The translations under genes were made by a program, and so were the position numbers. From a virus, in IMG/VR virus record IMGVR_UViG_3300002835_000026: a stretch of 64,000 bases of DNA; one strand, given 5' to 3'. Each line of letters begins with the position of its first letter. The stretch's first letter is position 1. Below, piece after piece: positions 59,284 to 64,000 of this stretch. The notes under the pieces are model-generated. The model was not told the origin of the DNA, searched no databases, and worked only from the letters and a program-made list of their open reading frames with translations.

Positions 59284-60245
59284 TATGCTGCTTTATATTT
59301 ATTTAAATTAGAATCATCAGGTAAAAATTTACCTTTAAGACCTAAGCGACTTTGATTAGTAATCCAATATTCTTGAAGATCTAATGGAATATCAGCTCTA
59401 GTTGAGTCTAATATTCTTAAATATATATCTAATACTTGATTTAATTTATCTTTAGGTAGTTTTTTCTTTAAAACATCCATTAACTCAAAATAATCATTTA
59501 ATACATCTTGAGATAAATTAAGTTTAAATCCTTGGTTTAATACATCTAATGCTTCTTGAGGATTAGTCGCTACTATATCTCCTGTTTCTTTATCCTTAAC
59601 ACCAGTACCATGACTAAAAGTTTTATTTAATGCTTGGAACATAGCTACCATTAATTGGGTTCTATGTAAACCTTTTACATTATCTTTATAGGTATTTGAA
59701 TAGTAACTAAAATTTAGCCAATCTAAATTACCTACATTAATATCTATTTGTACTGATTTATCATTAAGTATTTCTCCTTTTTCATTGTATTGAGGAAAAT
59801 TACAAAATATTGAGCCATTACCTGCTGCTTTTAAATCAGTGTCTATATATTCTGATTTCTTTTCAAGATTAGTAGCTATTAATTCTAACATAGCTCTTAA
59901 TTTGCTTTGAGTTTCTGATGCTGAACGTGAACGTTTTCTAATTTTTTCATATAGAGTGTCAAATTCAGCTTTATCAATATTCCAATTAGATAATAATGGA
60001 TTACCATCTTTATCCATAAATTGGTCAACACTCATACCTAAATCAATATCACCAGATTCATCTTTTTTACCAACTGAACCTAAAGTATTAAAGTTAAATT
60101 TTACTTTTGGGTATACTTTATTTAATTCAGCAGTGAAATTTTTAAGAGTGGGTTGGATGTATTCTTTTTTGATACTAGAGGTGGTGCCAAATACGTTGCC
60201 ACCTTCTAAAGTTATTGATTTTAAAAGCTCAATTAAAGAAATCAT
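59283..60245 (-). CDS. Pol-beta-superfamily nucleotidyltransferase
   Basis: LEGGNVF...LGSVGKKDESGDIDL...VQIDI...VKGLHR. Confidence 0.75.
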   Translation of the reverse strand: MISLIELLKSITLEGGNVFGTTSSIKKEYIQPTLKNFTAELNKVYPKVKFNFNTLGSVGKKDESGDIDLGMSVDQFMDKDGNPLLSNWNIDKAEFDTLYEKIRKRSRSASETQSKLRAMLELIATNLEKKSEYIDTDLKAAGNGSIFCNFPQYNEKGEILNDKSVQIDINVGNLDWLNFSYYSNTYKDNVKGLHRTQLMVAMFQALNKTFSHGTGVKDKETGDIVATNPQEALDVLNQGFKLNLSQDVLNDYFELMDVLKKKLPKDKLNQVLDIYLRILDSTRADIPLDLQEYWITNQSRLGLKGKFLPDDSNLNKYKAA

Positions 60246-60258
60246 CTTAATGTTTATA

Positions 60259-60267
60259 TATAAATAT
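60259..60267 (-). promoter_or_regulatory. Putative late promoter motif ATATTTATA heading the 42.6-60.2 kb block
   Basis: 13 nt upstream of the start at 60245. Confidence 0.55.
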
Positions 60268-60273
60268 TAATAC

Positions 60274-61062
60274 TTATACTCCTATTTGAATTTCTGTAGG
60301 ATACTGTTCAGATGATGGGCGTGGGTTTGGGTTTTCTAATTTAAATAGATTATGAATTGAATGAAATAATGTTAAATTATCTTCAATGCTACGCTCAGAT
60401 TCTGCTAATTCCCAACCTTTACCTTGAATTTTTTTATTATTTTTATCAGGACCGTGTTTAGCTGATTTTAACCACAATATACCTGCACGTTCTATTTTCT
60501 CTTCAAAGTTTTCATTCCATGCTTGTGAGTAAGCAGCTAATTGTAATTCTTGACTTGTATGTAATGATTTTGATGTTTTAATATCTACCATCCATTTTTC
60601 ACCATTAATTTCAAGTACTAAATCACAAGTACCAGCATATATAAATTGGTCTGAGAATAAATGGATTTCACTCTCTATTAGAGTTGGTTTATAAGTACTC
60701 CAAAAATCATGGAATTTTAAAATCATTTTCCATACATCTAATGAATAAATAGATGTTCCTTTCTCATCAAACCATTGTAGTTTTTCGCCTTTAAGATATC
60801 TTTCAGCGGCGTCATGTACTTGAGTACCTTCTTCAGCTGCTCTACGAGCAATAATATCTGCGTTATGTCCTACATCTTTAAGCCAATTTTCAAAATATTT
60901 ATTTTTTGGCATAAATTGTAAAATATTAGTAACAGATGGATAATAATTTCCATGTCTACTATAGAATCTACTGTCTAATATATTAACTCGTTTAGAATCT
61001 ACATCCGCTTCTAAAATACGTTTAACATGTTTTTTGTTAATGTTTACATTTTTTTCTATCAT
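60274..61062 (-). CDS. PD-(D/E)xK exonuclease
   Basis: YPSVT.IL, GTQVH, E..L, AGTCDL, DIKTS, QLAAY. Confidence 0.85.
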   Translation of the reverse strand: MIEKNVNINKKHVKRILEADVDSKRVNILDSRFYSRHGNYYPSVTNILQFMPKNKYFENWLKDVGHNADIIARRAAEEGTQVHDAAERYLKGEKLQWFDEKGTSIYSLDVWKMILKFHDFWSTYKPTLIESEIHLFSDQFIYAGTCDLVLEINGEKWMVDIKTSKSLHTSQELQLAAYSQAWNENFEEKIERAGILWLKSAKHGPDKNNKKIQGKGWELAESERSIEDNLTLFHSIHNLFKLENPNPRPSSEQYPTEIQIGV

Positions 61063-61988
61063 AATGATAATTTTTTTTCAAGCAAGCCTGAAAAGGTTAG
61101 GGGATAGGTGTTCTGTATTAATTCAGTAAAATGTCTAAATCCTAATTCGCTTGGATCTTTACCATCTAAATCTACTAAATATACTTCTTTGCCTTCATTT
61201 ATTAATTGTTCACAAAATTGTAATGCTTCTCTTAATGCGTCTCTATCTAAAGCTACGTAAATTTTCTTAACAGATGATGCTACTAGCTTTAACATCAACG
61301 TAGACTGTATATTCTTGCCTAATAACGGTATAACATTTCGTTTAATAGCAATGGCGTCAAACATTCCTTCGCACAGTATAATCGGTGTATTCCAGTTTAT
61401 AAACAGTTCGAATGGTATAACGTTACGTGACACATCTGGATTCTTATATTTAAGACTTGATGTTTTATCAAAGTTACGAGCAGTAAAGTAATTTAATTTG
61501 CCCGTAGCATCATATGATGGTAAAATAATCATTTTATTAAATTTACCACCCTCACAATAACCTATATTATATTTTAATATATCATCTTCTGTTATACCTC
61601 GTTTTTTAATATAATTTAAAGCATGTTTACCTATAATATTACTATCAGATATATTAGTTAATGGTTTAAATTCTTGAGGTAATTTTAAAATAGTTGCAGT
61701 TTGTACTATTTTTTCGCCTGATGTGTATTTAACTAATGGTCTTAGTTCTGCTAACTTATCAGGATCAGCATGTATTGCTTTAAATAAATTAATTAATGAT
61801 TTACCTTTTTTATTACAACTCCAACAATGCCATGGATTTTCACTTTTATCTGATTCAGTAAAATTGATTTCTAACTTAGGTTTATGGTGATTACAGAAAG
61901 GACAATGATACGCGTAGTTGCCTTTTGATGTAGATTTACTAATGCCTAAAACCGAGTTTACTAAATTTACAAGTAGTTGATTTACCAT
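61059..61988 (-). CDS. DNA primase (zinc-binding + TOPRIM)
   Basis: CPFC.H...WHCWSC, KYKNP, LCEGMFDA, ALDRDA, KDPSE. Confidence 0.9.
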   Translation of the reverse strand: MVNQLLVNLVNSVLGISKSTSKGNYAYHCPFCNHHKPKLEINFTESDKSENPWHCWSCNKKGKSLINLFKAIHADPDKLAELRPLVKYTSGEKIVQTATILKLPQEFKPLTNISDSNIIGKHALNYIKKRGITEDDILKYNIGYCEGGKFNKMIILPSYDATGKLNYFTARNFDKTSSLKYKNPDVSRNVIPFELFINWNTPIILCEGMFDAIAIKRNVIPLLGKNIQSTLMLKLVASSVKKIYVALDRDALREALQFCEQLINEGKEVYLVDLDGKDPSELGFRHFTELIQNTYPLTFSGLLEKKLSL

Positions 61989-61993
61989 ACCTC

Positions 61994-62025
61994 ATATTAT
62001 ACGAAAGAATGGTTAAAAAGCCAAA
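61994..62025 (-). promoter_or_regulatory. Bipartite promoter TTTGG-N19-TATAATAT upstream of primase
   Basis: Conserved motif and spacing. Confidence 0.6.
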
Positions 62026-62484
62026 CTATAGTGTAAAGTCCTTAGTAAAGAACTTACCTAATATATTATCATTATAGAATGATTCTGGGTGTTCTAATAC
62101 TTTATATGTAAATAAGGCTTGTGTTTCGTAGTAAGTTAGTAATTTTTTATTAGGTGCTAATTTAATTATAGTGCGAGTGAACAAATCTTGTTTACCGTCT
62201 TTAATTAATTGCATTACTTCTTTATTAGAGCCGTAATATGTTTCCCAATCTGATTCTTTGGTTATTATTTTAGTAGTTGGTTTACGGCCAACACCAGTTA
62301 ATTCGGCTACTTCTTTTTTACCTAATTTTACTTTTTTATTATGGTATAATACTTTTTTACCTATATAAGATTTATTAGTATCAGTATTTTTAACTATATA
62401 AATAAATCCAAATGTATCTTTAGGAAAATCGTTGAGGTTAGTGATGGGTTTACTATTGTAAACCCAAGTTGGTAATGTTAACAT
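62026..62484 (-). CDS. GIY-YIG-family nuclease
   Basis: GFIYIVKN......YIGKK, YYGS, F.R.II, E, YNDNI. Confidence 0.75.
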   Translation of the reverse strand: MLTLPTWVYNSKPITNLNDFPKDTFGFIYIVKNTDTNKSYIGKKVLYHNKKVKLGKKEVAELTGVGRKPTTKIITKESDWETYYGSNKEVMQLIKDGKQDLFTRTIIKLAPNKKLLTYYETQALFTYKVLEHPESFYNDNILGKFFTKDFTL

Positions 62485-63488
62485 TATCTGTCTAAATTAA
62501 TTAATATTGTTGTATCTGTAGTAGGTGATACAGGTAAGGGTTGGGATAGTTTTCCTACTGCTAATAAGTTTTGATTTTCATCATATAAACCTACTGTTGT
62601 TACATAAGGTGAAAAATAAGAACCTGTTACGTTATCTGTTAAATATTGTCCTGGAGTAAAGAAAGTACCCATTGAACTTGATATTAATGTACTACCTGAG
62701 GATAAACTTGGATTTTGAGAAAAATTAAATTCATTTTCTCTCATTGTACATTTATATTGTGTTTCATATATTTTATATGAACTAGAGAATGAACAAGTTA
62801 TATTGCTACCAGTAACATATTCTAAAATTGAAGTATTATCTCCTGCTTGACCACCATAAAGTGTATTACCATAAGTTACAAATCCATATCCTATAGGATT
62901 AGAAGTTGTAATAGTTATAAGTCCTTGATAATAAAATATATTACCTATAATTTCTAAGTTTTCATCTATTATATTACCTTCTCCATCATCTGTTATGCTA
63001 CCACTAGGTGTAGTATAAACAAATGACTTAGGTTGAATATAATCTCCAAATAAACGTGAAGGAATAGATATAACACCTATAATATCATTTGAACCTGTAG
63101 GAAAATATCTTTGGTAAGTTAATGTAGTTTGTAAGTAGTTAAAATAGTTAGGTGTTTGTGTGGTACCAACATATCTATCTCCTGCTGTATCAGCTCCAGG
63201 TATTAAACTAGCTGTATTTACATTATCACCATAACTTGAACTTAAGTAGTTTGTATAATATAATTCTTTAATTGAATTATATACTAAACTTTGATATTGA
63301 GTTGATACTTGTCCTGTTGTAGGAGCAGAAGCAAGATTAAAAGCTCCTGTTATATTAGTTCCTAAAAATCTATCAATTCCAACACCAGAAGCAGTTAATG
63401 CGGCTGCTCCCTCGAAGTTGAATGCTTTATTCACTTCGAAGGGAGTTACTACGATATCAGATGCTAAAAATTGTTTGTAAGCGCCCAT
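62484..63488 (-). CDS. Tail/baseplate-type structural protein
   Basis: DDGEGN, GNIFY..G, ENEFNFSQNPS, PYVTTVGLYDENQNLLAVGKLSQP; [ST]GS-rich. Confidence 0.6.
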   Translation of the reverse strand: MGAYKQFLASDIVVTPFEVNKAFNFEGAAALTASGVGIDRFLGTNITGAFNLASAPTTGQVSTQYQSLVYNSIKELYYTNYLSSSYGDNVNTASLIPGADTAGDRYVGTTQTPNYFNYLQTTLTYQRYFPTGSNDIIGVISIPSRLFGDYIQPKSFVYTTPSGSITDDGEGNIIDENLEIIGNIFYYQGLITITTSNPIGYGFVTYGNTLYGGQAGDNTSILEYVTGSNITCSFSSSYKIYETQYKCTMRENEFNFSQNPSLSSGSTLISSSMGTFFTPGQYLTDNVTGSYFSPYVTTVGLYDENQNLLAVGKLSQPLPVSPTTDTTILINLDR

Positions 63489-63491
63489 TCA

Positions 63492-63998
63492 TTAGAAATC
63501 TAATTTTACTCTAATAAGAGCTTCTTTTGTAAAGTCTTTTAATAATGGTCTAGATAATTTTGCTACCGCTAATAATTCGTTAGTATCGTTATATAAACCT
63601 ACTGTTGTAATGTAAGTTTGTGGGTTATTAATAAATGAAGGATATAATACCTCACCTGTTGAACCTGAAATGAATGATGGATTTTCTGAGTAATTAAATT
63701 CTGCACTTCTAGGTCTTACAAATATAAAATCTGAAGTAATTGTTTCTTGAGAATTAATTGTAAATGTAGCGGCTGTTGAACCACTTATGGCTCTATATAA
63801 TTTTTGATTATTACTACCTGTTGAATTTGATACTATACTATAATTTAATCCAATACCACCTGAAGCTACTGAGCCACTTAATGCTGCTGGGTTTAATAAA
63901 ATAGTTCCAATATCTGGTAATAACCAACCATATGAACCTGAGTTTAAACTAAATCCATCAGTTGTTGTAGATGCTGTAGTTACTTTAACACCTGCTGA
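63492..63998 (-). CDS. C-terminal part of a paralogous structural protein (start outside the window)
   Basis: Manual translation ends ...EFNYSENPSF...YITTVGLYNDTNELLAVAKLSRPLLKDFTKEALIRVKLDF*, paralogous to the C-terminus of 62484..63488. Confidence 0.75.
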   Translation of the reverse strand, partial: SAGVKVTTASTTTDGFSLNSGSYGWLLPDIGTILLNPAALSGSVASGGIGLNYSIVSNSTGSNNQKLYRAISGSTAATFTINSQETITSDFIFVRPRSAEFNYSENPSFISGSTGEVLYPSFINNPQTYITTVGLYNDTNELLAVAKLSRPLLKDFTKEALIRVKLDF

Positions 63999-64000
63999 AC

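Noticed and set aside
947-60267. TATAAATA as T4-type late promoters driving + strand transcription
   Set aside because: No credible + strand genes lie downstream, and the positions fit minus-strand starts. Antisense transcription cannot be excluded.
185-60270. Other short + strand ORFs (e.g. 185..484, 28685..29209, 31443..31967, 59956..60270) and nested minus ORF 39842..40027
   Set aside because: They overlap well-supported minus-strand genes and have shadow-like composition.
60274-61062. Cas4 / CRISPR-associated role for the PD-(D/E)xK nuclease
   Set aside because: It lacks the four-Cys Fe-S motif, has no cas genes or array nearby, and sits next to primase like a standard phage exonuclease.
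1-64000. Stop-codon reassignment, introns or inteins
   Set aside because: Core genes (terL, portal, protease, MCP, primase) are full length and uninterrupted in the standard code, and coding density is high.

Overview
AT-rich 64-kb segment of a large T4-superfamily-like myovirus genome, probably infecting a Bacteroidota host (inferred from TTTG-N20-TAnnTT promoter-like motifs and AT-rich leaders with no clear Shine-Dalgarno). Every credible gene is on the minus strand. In transcription order (right to left) the window holds: two paralogous tail/baseplate-type proteins; GIY-YIG nuclease, primase and PD-(D/E)xK exonuclease; an ~18-kb block of mostly unknown proteins sharing short leader/trailer peptides; a small metabolic cluster (FAD oxidoreductase, LpxH-like phosphoesterase, IscA, P-loop kinase); terminase, portal, prohead protease, a signal-peptide nuclease, scaffold, major capsid protein, PhoH and neck/tail-completion proteins; a 3522-aa (Gly-X-Ser)n fibre with an S74 chaperone; a glycosylation operon; a mini-fibre; and the tail sheath. 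Two candidate systems stand out, both inferred rather than demonstrated. (1) A capsid-cargo system: unrelated proteins carry copies of the scaffold's C-terminal peptide (RMQK[LI]AGI) or related amphipathic leaders ending in [LI]-x-E protease-type sites, and one is a multi-enzyme 1127-aa apparent polyprotein. (2) A virion glycosylation system: a proline-free Gly-X-Ser collagen-like fibre and [ST]-G-S-rich exterior proteins are encoded next to a multi-glycosyltransferase operon. No tRNA, rRNA, CRISPR array or IS element was recognised. All family calls come from motif recognition by eye, not database searches.
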